Shown here: one piece after another, positions 36,951 to 48,775 of the stretch | Position numbering within the stretch: the first letter of the stretch is position 1 | Layout of the letters: every line of letters begins with the position of its first letter | DNA from: Chara braunii | Taxonomy: Eukaryota; Plantae; Charophyceae | DNA: 62,005 nucleotides | Reading direction: 5' to 3' | NCBI GenBank assembly: GCA_003427395.1 | Contig: BFEA01000002.1 | Span: 2,449,022 to 2,511,026 of the forward strand | Translations under genes and position numbers: made by a program | The notes under the pieces: model-generated | Seen by the model: the letters and a program-made list of their open reading frames with translations, nothing else | What the model was told of the DNA's origin: nothing | Databases searched by the model: none

Positions 36951-37918
36951 ATGCGGCCGGGGCAGCCAAGAGAAACACACTGCCTACCATAATTGGGAAC
37001 GACAACTGGTACCTCTATCCTTACTCGGATGCCATGAGTGGGGTTCAGGCTCCAGCTCCGCCTCCCATAAGTAGAGAGGAAGTCACCTCTCGAGTGGCGA
37101 CTCCGTGTCTGTGCGACCACCCAAGCAACAAGTGCCTTCGTCCCTTTGCAGAGGGAGACACCGTTGCAAGCTCTGATATCGTCCACACAGGGCCTGTACT
37201 CAGGCTACTTGAACTGGTACCCACCTACCTAACGGTATTGGGCCTCTGGAAATGTCAACTGTTGTCTTCATCTCCTCGGCCTCGCATACTCAACACATCT
37301 AAACTCTAGTTGGTGTAGTACCGACCTACCTGCTACTTGAATATTTACCGCTGCTCTTAAGTATTGAGGGTCTCTTTCCCCGTCACTTGAGTGTTTTCCC
37401 TGCCGCAATCCTCAACGTCATGGTCACGGGTAAGTACTGGCTCTTTGGGCCTTCCGATCAGCCAAGTACCCTTGCGGGTCACATACACACACTCAAGCAG
37501 ACAAGCACTTAGACAGGCGTGCAAATCGGCAGACGTGCACGCGCGCAAACATAGAAACTGGCACGGGCCACTGACCGAACTAAGCCCCTACTCTACATAT
37601 ATCTGGACTGCTCTAATTCTTTCCGAAGTAGGAGCTAGCTCACTAGGTTTGGTGCATATTGTCAAGCAACAGATTGAGGGATCGAGTTTGCGCGACCCCT
37701 GAGCTAGCTTCTTTTTACAAGGAGCTCCTCAACTTTTTCACCTTGGCTCCGTCGACTGAGACTTGAACCCTCGACCTCCTTATTAGGAATTAGTTACAGT
37801 TCGTAGGTTAGTTGAGACCTGAGCCCCTGCTATTACGGGGGCCCGCCACTTGGCAAGCTAAGGTAGTTAGAGGTTAGATTCTGTTAATTTTTTTCTCTTT
37901 TCTTTTTTTTTTGGATTT

Positions 37919-37965
<47 letters not shown>

Positions 37966-38700
37966 CCTTCTTCTTTTTTTTCTCGTTAAGTTATTTTTTG
38001 TTTTTTTTTTTTTACTTTTTTTTATTTTTACATCTCTTTTTGAACTTACCTGAACGAGCTCATCCTCTTGCGATGATTGGCGCTTGATCGTCGACGACGG
38101 TCTAGTTGGTGGTCGTTTGCAGGTGGTGGAGGCGGAGGTGCCCATCACCGGCTCTCAGCTTCGGCACCCTCATCCCATAGGTTTCGGGGAGAGCGGTTGC
38201 AGCTTAGTTGTGGTGTTGTCTTCGTGTATGCACTCACAACGACGCGTTTCGTTTGAGAGGTGTTGCGACTTAGTAAGAAGGTGGACGTGAGGAAGAAGGG
38301 AGGCGCACGAAGAAAAAGGTGGAGAAGGAGAAGAAGAAGAAGAAAGGAGAAGAGGAAGAAGAGGAAGAAGGGGAAAAAGAGAGGAGGGGATAACAATACT
38401 CAACTGGCCATGCGTTCGTCGTTGACGTCGTGAGAAGGGCGCGTAATCCACCCGGTCGTGCCCCCGTACCATGATTCCGAAATGCTGCACATCATATCGG
38501 ATCGTGTGCGCTGCGAAGCGGGGAGCATCCAATTGTCGTCGGCGACGACGATAACGATCAGGATGACGAGAGCAACAACAAGGTAAGTCTTCAATCTCGT
38601 CGTGGCTCACTTCATCAGTGGGATGAGCAAGAACGTGTGGATCTCGTTTATTGTCTTTTGCTAACCGTTTGCAAGTGTATTGAATGTAATTGAAAAAACG
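36950..38700 (-). mobile_element. Probable LTR retroelement 5' fragment with PBS-like motif
   Basis: Minus-strand TGGCGGGCCCCC (37838-37849) next to a low-complexity LTR-like region. Ends not defined. Confidence 0.3.
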
Positions 38701-39234
38701 GTCAAATATTCTTGTGCATATTATTTAACTACCTGTTTGACTAATAGATTGTTTGAATTTGACCAAGTAGGAGAAGATTCATGTCTGAATTGATCTTATA
38801 CTTTTGTATGTCTGGACAAAAAGGAAGAGAAAGGAAAGAGCAACGCTCCTGTTGGAGTGAGACTTCATGTACCCAGGAAAAAAAGCAAGGAACTAAGACC
38901 GCAGGAAAAGAATACTAGGAGAGTAATAGTCCCCGCGTAGTCCGTATCCAAAATGCATGCCGCAGTACTGCAAGGGGTCTCGACGGTAATACCCCCATAT
39001 TCATTATTGTTTTGTGTAACCTATGTACTGTCTGATATTCAGTCAAGTCATAATCTATTAAGTAAGATAGGATACCCTTGGTAGTAAAAAGGTTTGGTTG
39101 GTACTTTGATCGTTTCGTCAGAAGAACAATATATTTTTAGATGCAGAAGCGGAAATAGACAGCCTTCTAAAAAGTTCGACTTGAATAACTAGAAGTTCAG
39201 GATAGGGAAATCACATCCTGAACCTGACTTGACT

Positions 39235-39580
39235 AACGGGTCAGTCTTAGGCGTCTTACCGCGCGTACCCCATTCCTATGCTGCGACGATCGAGCGAACG
39301 CCCTCGACCGACCTATCTCTACAAAGGCATGTAAAAGCCTTCGCATGTGGACCGGTAGCTCAGCAGGGATACACCTACCTAAGGGTGGTGACAATCCCTT
39401 GGGTAGAGGTAAGTTGTACCTCGCTGCACCCCGACCTGCCATGGGGTGTCGTGAGAGGTATAGACGGCTCGCACGGTCGGAGTGGTGACTGGTTCTTTTC
39501 AAACTCTGAAGAAAAATCCTGCATGACACGACAGTGAGGCTCAGCGCTCCTAACAGGGTGCGGGACCGCCGCGCGCAACA
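39235..39580. mobile_element. Partial LTR of the 27990-28455 family
   Basis: Shares GTAGCTC.G.AGGGATAC..., the GTGACA hairpin and a GCGCGCAACA terminus. Confidence 0.75.
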
Positions 39581-39609
39581 ACGGAAAAAAGGAAAAGGAA
39601 AACTCAGGG

Positions 39610-40200
39610 CATACTCACGCTAGGTAGGACCTCCTGGATATATTTGATGGTTATTAGAGCCAGCCCCGCACATTGGAGAAAGTCTTGGTGGAAGTATGCT
39701 TTTAGACCACCCTCTTGCGTAGACGAAAATGAGGTATTTTGAAGGAGAACAAAAAGAAGAATGGAGTCAGGGTCAAGGGATGTTGATGTATCATGTCTGG
39801 TGTGGGTTTGAGCATGAGGAAGAAGAAGGAAGAGACTACTCTCACTGAGTCTCACAGAAGGACTTTCCTGGATGTGTCTGACCGGATGACGGGGTCTGCT
39901 GAATGTATCTGACCATAATTAAGTTAGAAGATGAGTGAAAAAGTCCTTGCTTTGGAAATGCACTTAAGCAGGTGAAAATGCCCTTGTGTGAAAGTCTTTG
40001 GTGTGGAGCAACAAGTTGTCGCCCTGGCTCCATGTTATGTTTTAGTTGGAGATGGGCGGGAGTGACCGGGATCACTGGAGGCCCTACCCTATTCCCTAAC
40101 CACCCCCTATTAAGGTGGGGGGGCAACATGCATGCCCTTAAACCACCAGCACTTGGCCAAGCCATTGGCCGCGGAAAAAAAATAGGATAGTAACATTTCT
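39610..40200 (-). mobile_element. Decayed LINE ORF2 fragment (post-RT region)
   Basis: GGLGI-like motif on the minus strand near 40090-40110 across a frameshift. Confidence 0.35.
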
Positions 40201-40989
40201 AGTCGGATGAATTTGGGGCACTCCTGGGGCGTGGTCCCACTAGCAAAGAGGATCGGATCAAATGCCTCCATCTGGACGTGTTTGTAGAGAGGTGCAGGAA
40301 ATCAAGATTGAACTGCTTTTCTGCATCTCTGCATAAAACACATATAGATTCAGGCATTCGATCCCATCCTCTTTGCTAGTGGGACCTCGGTCCTCAGGCT
40401 ATAGTGACCCGTTGGCGGGCACGACTTTATGAAGTACTGGTGTTTTAATTGTGCGAGGTAGCTGTGCTTGCAGGATTCTCTTGTGTAGGCTTTTTGTTTC
40501 TTTTTCTTTTTGAAACATCTCTTGTGGGTGCTAGCGGTGCTGATGAAGGCAATCACCGCTAGCACCCCAAGGGAGACTCCGTCTATTGGCGGCAATGGTG
40601 GGGAGTATCACCCGCTGGAAACTGGGCCGCTTCCCCTGTCTAGGCTTTTTTTTTTTTTTTTTTTNNNNNNNNNNNNNNNNNNNNNNNNNNNNNNNNNNNN
40701 NNNNNNNNNNNNNNNNNNNNNNNNNNNNNTTTTTTTTTTTTTTTTGCGAGAATAACCCTTGTGTAACCCCTCTATCCCGGCGGTGGTAAGAGAACCCTCG
40801 GAATTTAGGGCTTATCCGTCGGGCTGCTCCATCTATTCAAGTTGGTGGGCAGCGGCACCTGCTGGAAACCGGGTCCAACGTCCCATTGATACATCTTGTA
40901 ACACATAGATTGCTCTTTGTTGTTTTCCTGGGGCTGCGGTCGTTTCTCTTCTTAGCCCGGGGCTCCGTAGTCCCATGGAGCTGCTAGCG

Positions 40990-41650
40990 TCAGTGGTAGG
41001 TAGGTAGTGAAGGTGAAGGACAGCGGGGCAGAGATGCAGAAACGCAGATGCACAGCGATCCTGTGCACCTCTCCACAATCACTTCCAGATTCGGGCGTCA
41101 AATCCCATGCTCTTGGCCGGTAGGTAGGTAGTGAACGCCTCTCCACAAACACTTCCAGATTCGGGAGTTAAATCCAGTGCTCTTGACCCGTAGGTAGGTA
41201 GTGAAGGTCAAGGATAGGGGGGTACAGATGCAAAAATGCAGATCCATAGTGATCTTGTGCATCTCTCCACAAAGACTTCCAGATTCGGGCATTAAATCCA
41301 ATGCTCTTGGCCGGTAGGTAGGTAGTCAAGGTGAAGGACAAGGGGGTAGAGATGCAGAAATGTAGATCCACAGCAATCTTATACATCTCTCCACAAACAC
41401 TTCCACTTTCGGGCGTCAAATCCAATGCTCTTGGCTGGTAGGTAGGTAGTGAAGGTGAAGGACAGGGGGGTAGAGATGCAGAAACGCAGATCCATAGCGA
41501 TCTTATGCATCTCTCCACAAACACTTCCAGATTCGAGCGTTAAATCCAATGCTCTTGGCCTATAGCGGCGGTAGGTAGGTTGTGAAGGTGAAGGTCAGGG
41601 GGGTAGAGATGCAGAAATGCAGATCCATAGCGATCTTGTGCACCTTCCAA
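40990..41650. repeat. ~120-125 bp tandem repeat, 5-6 units
   Basis: GGTAGGTAGGTAGTGAAGGTGAAGGACA...CTCTCCACAAACACTTCCAGATTCGGG repeated. Dispersed inverted homologues at ~5530 and ~40270. Confidence 0.95.
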
Positions 41651-42895
41651 TTCTCTTGGCCAGTTGGACCTCGGTCCTCAGGCTGGAGGGTGGCCCCTGG
41701 TCGGCTGAGGAGGCTCCTCCAGGTGCTGGCATCACCCTCCATAGGAGGCTTCTGCGAAGCTGATGAGTAACGAAAAGAAAGAAAGAAAAAAAGGCGAGGA
41801 AGAAAACGAAGATAGTGTGATTTCCAAAAAGCAAATAGAAGGTTAAGTGCACTATCTGATCAGATACTGTGATTTCCCAAAGAAAAAGAATGTAATGTTT
41901 AGCATTTGATCTGGTCCTTATTCAGTGTACTCAGAAGAAATACATGGATATGCACGATACACGCAGGAGGCGATCACACACGACACCAGAGTACGATCAG
42001 CATCTGATCAGTGTAACCAGATGGGTTCTTGAAAACCTGGCTCCTGGTGCATGTCATTAATGGGACGATGGACCCCGTTTCCAGCAGGTGCAGCTCCCCA
42101 CTAATAGATTGGAGCCATCAACCCTGCGAGGCCTGCTAAAGGAGGATGCTGTTACCAACTCCTGCTAGCAGGTGCTCTCACGCCTATGATGTTTCTTCTA
42201 AAAAAAAAATAAAAAAAATACATCGATATGCATGATGCACTGAAGGACGCGTTTACACACACAACACAAGAGTATCAGCATCTAGGCTACCAGAGTGGCC
42301 CGGGGTCACAATAGTCATGTGAACCCTAATTTAGTGACCTAAATTTCAAAGACCATTAAGAAATCATGTGCAAAAGGAACTACCAAAGAAAAATGAATCA
42401 AAACCACGAAAAAAAAACGAGCGGTCAGCGTTGCGTGATCATGTCCACCATTACCAACCCCTTCCAATCCGCTCTACCACCCGCGCGGCAGGGGTCTGTG
42501 CCCACAGGCCCCAAACTGTTGACGGAGACCCCGCAAACCCACCCTCCTCCTCGCGATTTAAAGCGGATATCACCTCCTCACACTCCTCTTGACAAAAACA
42601 TGAACTCCCACCACGATGCTGTTTTCACTAACTAGGGAATTACCCTACCTCCCGCGCGGCAGGGGCTAAAAAGGCCCGCAAAACCCACCCACCTTCTCAC
42701 GATTTAGGGTAAGCCTCTCCCTCAATCTACATACACTTCCTACGGATGTTTCGCCTCCCTCCATGACGAAGCCCCTGTGGAGCAATGCTCACCACTTCTC
42801 CTTAAGAATTCAGATGATGAAATGAATATCTGACCCAAATTCAACGTCTCAGCGGTAATAGCCTACCTCCCGCGCAGCAGGGGTCAAAGACCCCT

Positions 42896-45723
42896 GTCGG
42901 TGCGAATACCCTTACAAGGGTATCCGCCCTGGTTTTTGCACGCGACAAAAAATAAGTTGGTTTAAGGTTTAAGTATATCGCGTCAGGCGCGGCTGCGTCT
43001 GTGATTTATGTCGACGGGGTGGTTAACTAGAATAGAGAATGTGTGGGCGCGCGGATTTGAGGCGCGCGTGATCCTTTTAATTGTTGATGATTGGAGGGCC
43101 GGCGTGATCGCCGACCGAATTTTTTCTGATTAAATAGGGATTAAAAAGGATTATGTCTTGCTGATTGATATGCCCACCGTGGCCTGCGCGTACGTGCGGA
43201 GGACGGCATCGACAACAAAGTGACTTCTGAAGGCGTCTTGGTAGCTTGGCGCGTCGCGCAGTGTCTGTTTATTTGGGCGTCCGCCAGCGCTAGACCTAGA
43301 CTTGGGCCTAACACTATTTGGTATGGCGTCAAACTTTCATCAGGGAGATTCAAGGATCGAGGTCGAGCGAGCGACGACGCAGGGATCAGAGTGGCACGAA
43401 TGGACCGAGGGGTTGAGGGCCTGGCGGGGCCATCCCCCTTGGTTTTGTCGTCGGCGGCATCCGGTCGGCGGTGGTGTTTTCTAGGTAAGTTCTTTTTAGC
43501 GTCGTATTTTTATTTAAATGACTACTATGCTCCGACGTGCCGATTGACCCGGGCACGGCACCGGCTTTTAAGAGCCGTCGGCGGGAGCACCAGTCAAGGA
43601 CTTGGGCTCGCGCCTCGTTTGACGGTTCGATCGGGTTTCGGCATGTTTGGGATGCTGGCAAAATTCCTCTATCCCACCCATTTTGGAATGCGGGCCGAGG
43701 AGTTCAACGTGCATGCAAGCCGGTGGGTGATTAGCCTACGAGGCGGGAGAAAACCGAGTGGCGGGGCCCCTTTTGTGGGTGCCTCGGCCGCAGCCCACGA
43801 TCTGTGTGTGGGAGGTTTGAGTGTGAGTATGCTCGTTGGGCCCTGGCGGGAGGGCGAGTTATCCCTGAGCGGGGCGACTCGGGCCATGGTGGGGCCGGCA
43901 ACAATGTTGGCTGTGCGCAGGTAGCTCATGGTGAACCCCTCCGCTACGGCCTTCAAAGTTCTCATATGAATAAATTTGCTACTACCACCAAGATCTGCGT
44001 CAGGGCCTGCTGCACTTGGGACCACGCTACGGGCCTGCGGCAGGTGTGTTCCGCCGACACCACGACCACTGTCGGTGTGTGAGCTGCCCATAGGAGGCCT
44101 CAGAGGGTAGTAAGCTCTGCCTGAGCGGAGCGGACCGGAGAGGCTGCAGTGGAGGCCGCAGCGGTATGGACGTGCATACCGTTCGTCGGGCTTGGGTACA
44201 GGGGCGAAAGACTACCGTCAAGTAGCCGTTTTTCGTTGCTCGACCTATGGGACCGAGAGCTGCGGCAGGGGGCATTTGGGCAAGGCACACAGTGCCGCTG
44301 CTGCGTGCAGCGTTCGTCGGACTTGGGTATAGGGGCGGAAGACTAATCGAGTCGTCTAGTAGCTGGCTCCCTCTGAAGTTCCCCTCCGTCGGACTTGGGC
44401 ATAGAGCCGAAAGGCTGATCGAATGGGAGAGACCCAGCCCCCTCCGAAATTTCCCTTACCGCTGCTCTAAAGGGCCGAGCAAGGAGGAAACTACAGCGGC
44501 CGACGGGTAGCAGCAGAGAGGAGTCGGAGAGTGGCAGGAAGGGGATGAATCAGGGCGCATTTTCGCGCCGGGTTCATTCGGAGAAAGAAACAGGCAGGTA
44601 GGAGCAAGGCATGATGGAGCGCTCTGCACGACGAGTGGTAGGCAACAGGAAGGAGGGGGGGGGCGAACGAATCGGGACGAGATCCGGAGCTGGGTGCAGG
44701 GGAGAGAACGGGGGGCCGACGGGCAGAACGCTACAGCGGCCGACGGGCAGCAACAGGGAGGAGTTGGGAAATGGTAGAGGGAATGAATCCGGGCACGTTT
44801 TCACGCCGGATCCATTCGAAGAACGAAACTATGGAGAAAATGTAGCGAACGAGGGAGGAAGTAAATAGCTCGCCCGATTCTTGACAGAATCGGGTGCAGA
44901 AAGACACTAAGTAGAGGGTTTTTATGGTTGCGAGTTGAATGGGGAAGTTAGAATTGGCATTAAATTAGTAAAATAAAGGCTGTTAGAGAAAGTTAGTGCG
45001 CGGGGAGGATGGCGGAGGTAGCTATAGAGGGAACAGATCTCGCGCGTTTGTGAGCGGAATCGGCTAGAAGAAGAACTGAAGTAGGGGTTTTGGAATGGGG
45101 CGACCTCATTGGTGAAGTCGGAATGGAGAAAGGACTAGTAGCAGATGAGGGGGAGAACAGAATTGGTGCGCGGCTATGGTAAAAGGCATGAGCATGGCGA
45201 TGGGGAAGAGATGGCTTACGCCCGCTCCTCGACGAAAACGGGCAGTCGAAGGTCTGTTTTCGAGGTTTTGGGCAGGGGCGAAACTGTTAGTCCAGTCAGA
45301 AAGGGCGAGGAGTACGTAGAAAAGAAGTTAGAAGTTAAAGGGGGTGCGTGAAGGTGCAGGGCAGATGGGCATTGTGGCGCAGAAAGGTAGAGGACTCGCC
45401 AGATTCTCGACGAGAACGGGCGGACGAAGCTTTGGTTTCGGGGCTTTCTTACCGTACGAGTGGATCTGCGGATTCCGCAGTAGAGTTGAGATTCTTGGTG
45501 CGAGGCGATTCTTGGGATACGTCGAAGGGGAAGGAAGACTGGGACAACAATGTATCTTCCCAGTTGCTAGCGGAAGATTCATCTGACTTTGCTTATCCTA
45601 GCAGCGGAAGGGGTGTGAAGTTAACTGCGGGGTTGGAGACTTACCGTGTGACCGCTATGCTGCTCATCCTATTTACGGTAGTACATGATTGCAGTTGTAT
45701 AGCCGGGCACTTGCCTATCAACA
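42896..45723 (-). mobile_element. Solo-LTR-like element carrying LSU rRNA-derived segments (copy B)
   Basis: Termini TGTCGGT...ATCAACA. Inverted homologue of 24501-30742. Confidence 0.7.
43640..44460. pseudogene. Rearranged LSU rRNA-derived segments, with an inversion and a triplication
   Basis: Sense LSU (GGATGCTGGC...GGAGTTCAAC...GAGTGTGAGTATGC...CCTGAGCGGGGCGA) at 43650-43880. Antisense GGCCTTCAAAGTTCTCAT...TTTGCTACTACCACCAAGATCTGC at ~43948-43998. CTTGGGTATAGGGGCGAAAGACTAATCGA-like motif three times (~44191, ~44322, ~44394). Confidence 0.92.
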
Positions 45724-47330
45724 GGGAGGCTGGTCGCGGAGCGCCGAGTCGAGAGGCTGAGCATGTCTCCAAGATCTCGTGGTAGGTTCGTTCGAACTGG
45801 CCCGAAAGCTGCGGGAAGGGTCAAATGGGTGGGTGGGGAATGAGATACCTGCCTCCAAAGAGCTGGAGTAGCGGCTGCGGGAAGGGTCAAACGGGTGGGT
45901 GGGGAATGAGATACCTGCCTCCAAAGAGCTGGAGTAGCGGACAACCGGAGCTGAGCCGCAGTATAGTGACCAGGCCCATTGGGCACTTCGTCTAGTCCTG
46001 CCGGCAACTACAGCCGGCTGCAGGGTGCGATAGGTTTCATCACTCTTACTCTCTGCTGCACCCGGTTGCCACTGTACCATCCTTACCTGTGGTTATTCAT
46101 GCTGGCTGCACCAGGTGAGTGGAGCCACTGCTGGTCGCGGGCTATCGCTACTGTTGCTGATACGTGAGACAGGTTGCTGCTGACTCTGATCCGGGAACTT
46201 CAGCGCTCCAGGCTGCTCCTCGCCGTAGGTGTTGCAGGGTCGCTCTGGTTACTGGGCTGCTGTGGTCATTGTTAAGTTGCTGCAGATTGGTGCGTTGTTG
46301 GGAAGCGGCTGTCAGGATCGTAAGACGGCAACCTGGGAGGATGCCGTTGGAAGAAGAGCTGCGGCTGATGATATTGGACTGTGTGATTGGTAGTGGTGGT
46401 AATTGAGCGACTGTGCGGCCACATGCTGTTGTAGTGTTGCTCCGGATTGTTGTGTACATCACTGGTACAGGCTGCTGCAGTATTTGTTGCGGATAGTTGT
46501 GCGATTGCGGGATAGGCTGTATAAGCTGCTATACGTCCGCTACACTACTGTACTTGCTGCTTTCCCCTGCGCCGTGCTGCGCAGGTTGCTGTGCACTTCT
46601 ATATTTTTGAACAGAGCACGCCACATGTGCGCGGTCTGAGTACGGCTGCTTGGAGCTGCGCAGCTGCAGTTCATTAAGGGAGACGGCGGTGTAACGTAGG
46701 GAGGGAGATTAGAGGCCTAAGAGGGGGTTGACGCTGCTAGCTGAAGATTCATCAGGAGGGTCTACTTCGACAGTTGACTTTAGGGTTGACCAAGTTGTTG
46801 CTGCGCACTGGCTGCCATTGCGGGGCCCTCAGGCAAATGAAGGTATCAAGGCCCTGTCACGTGAGTCTGAGCGCACCTCTCTTGGATCTGAGAGTCTAAA
46901 ACCCCTGCTTCCGCCCTTCTAAATCTAAGTCTAGTTTTGATCTGAGAGGAAGGCGGCAGGTGGGATTGCAACCCGTAGGACCGCAGCAAGACTCTGTGGG
47001 GAGTCAACTCATCGATTGCGGGAGCTCTGCCGGAGCCTAGGCGAGGCTCTGGAGGCAGGGAATTGAAAGGTAACCATTGCTTTCCCTCTATAAACCCAGT
47101 ATAACCCCTAACTATACTCCTCCCTATGTATTGGCTGACTGCATTGTATGCCACCCTTACTTTGACTTTGTGTTGACTTTCAGGATACAAATCAGACTAA
47201 CTAAAAAAAAAAATGCTCGTGTAATGGCAGTTTCAGTTTCTTGTTTGTTTGAAAGCAGATTGTCATAAGGAGTTGCATCAGGGGGGAAGGTTGGGAGGAA
47301 GGCAGTTTTGCTTGCATTTGAATGGGTCTT

Positions 47331-48170
47331 ATAGGGTCAGGCATTGTTTCTAAGATGAATGGTCTGACCGCTATGTTTTGTTCTGTTTTTTGAAGGACCA
47401 AGCATTGTTTCTAAGATGAATGGCTTGGTTGTTGTGTTTCTTTAATTGTGTCAGACATTGTTTCTAAGATGAATGGCCTTACTACTTACTTCTGAGGGGT
47501 ATTGCTTGCTTGACTTTTGAGGGTCAGACATTGTTTCTAAGATGAATGGTCTGACCGCTGTTTATTTGGGTGGTTTCTGAACAGTCTCTGGGTCAGACCC
47601 AGGGTACTCTGCTTTTTTTGTGTGCTGAAAAGGGAGAGCTGAGCATTGTTTCTAAGATGAATGACTCATCTCTCCTTGATCGTTTTATTCTGAGGGAGGA
47701 TTCAGGGCTAGAGGACTAGACATTGTTTCTAAGATGAATGGCCTAAGTCTGAGGCCTCATGACCATAATGAGAACAAAGGAATAAAATTTTCTATAAATG
47801 TTGTATATATATGTACTTATATACGAACAAGGCTAGCCAGACATTGTTTCTAAGATGAATGGCCTGACTATAGCCCTATCACAAGCGAAGAGAGTATAAT
47901 CGAGAGCTATAACTGAAAGTAACCTGGACAGGCTGAGCATTGTTTCTAAGATGAATGGTTCAGCCCTTCGCCCTTCTTTTGAAGACTTAGGTGCAGAAAG
48001 GTATATATAACTTGACTATTTAAACAGTTCAGGGTGACTAAGCATGATTTCTAGGATGAATGGCTTAGTCACATGCCCAATGAAGAGAAAAGTAGTTGTG
48101 CAACCTGTTCGTGTATTACTAAGGCAGGGGGCTGACATTGTTTCTAAGATGAATGGCCAGTCCCAATGCC
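47331..48170. repeat. Array of 10 hairpins with conserved core CATTGTTTCTAAGATGAATGG and variable covarying stems
   Basis: Cores start at 47342, 47403, 47456, 47529, 47644, 47721, 47842, 47938, 48043 and 48136. Each is flanked by its own inverted repeat. Confidence 0.95.
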
Positions 48171-48439
48171 CTATGTAAGCAGGGTATAAAGGGTTAAAAC
48201 ACTGAAAGACTATGAACTAGTGTTTGCTAAGTCAACCTGGGGCTGGTGAGAGTACTCACCTTTGTGGTTTGACTTGCATGTGGCTGAGTGGCATCATTAC
48301 CTAGTCTGAGTTTGAGTTGATAGGTAGTTGTTGTAGTGGCTCGCCACCTGCTAAGCTATAGGAGTTAGATTCAATTTCTGCATTTTCTGAGATAGTTTTT
48401 TTTTACTTAGTTTGATGTCTGCATTTATCTGAGGTCTTT

Positions 48440-48775
48440 TATCATACTTGGGCTTGTATAAATCTTGGTAAGCCACTTTTCCTACGGGAAGCGCTGCCGA
48501 AATTTCTGCAAATCCAAGGAGTTAGACAAATCTCTGACTTTTCAAAAAGTTCAAACTGTCTGAATCGTATATGGCTTAGTAGAAATCTGAGAAGTTTCCC
48601 TTCCTAAAGGAGGTGCTGCCCAAATTTCCGCTAATTCAGGGAGTTAGACAAAATTGAGCTTTAGAAAGTCAAAGACTATTCCTGTTTTTATATTCAGGCT
48701 TATATAAATTCTGGAAAGACAGTTTTCCTACGGGAAGCGCTGCCGAAATTTCATTAGTTTAGAGAAGTTAGATTA
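48440..48775. repeat. Three ~122-bp units with core TTCCTACGGGAAGCGCTGCCGAAATTTC
   Basis: Cores at ~48479, ~48601 and ~48725. Confidence 0.85.

Noticed and set aside
38400-38594. Signal-peptide-like ORF MKTYLVVALVILIVIVVA
   Set aside because: It has a TTG start, and the hydrophobicity comes from GAC/AAC low-complexity sequence on the other strand.
41740-41785. Minimal hammerhead (CTTC-TGC-GAAG-CTGATGA-GTAAC-GAAA)
   Set aside because: No NUH triplet before stem I, no stem III, and only a 1-bp stem II; probably chance.
29840-44460. Functional rDNA unit
   Set aside because: The pieces are short, diverged, in mixed orientation and embedded in LTR-like elements.
47342-48156. Canonical CRISPR array (the minus-strand repeat contains GAAAC near its end)
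   Set aside because: Intervals between cores vary from 32 to 100 nt, flanks pair across each repeat, there are no cas genes, and the context is a eukaryotic retroelement.
47342-48156. Protein repeat PFILETM
   Set aside because: Six of nine spacings are not multiples of 3, stops intervene, and there is almost no synonymous variation.
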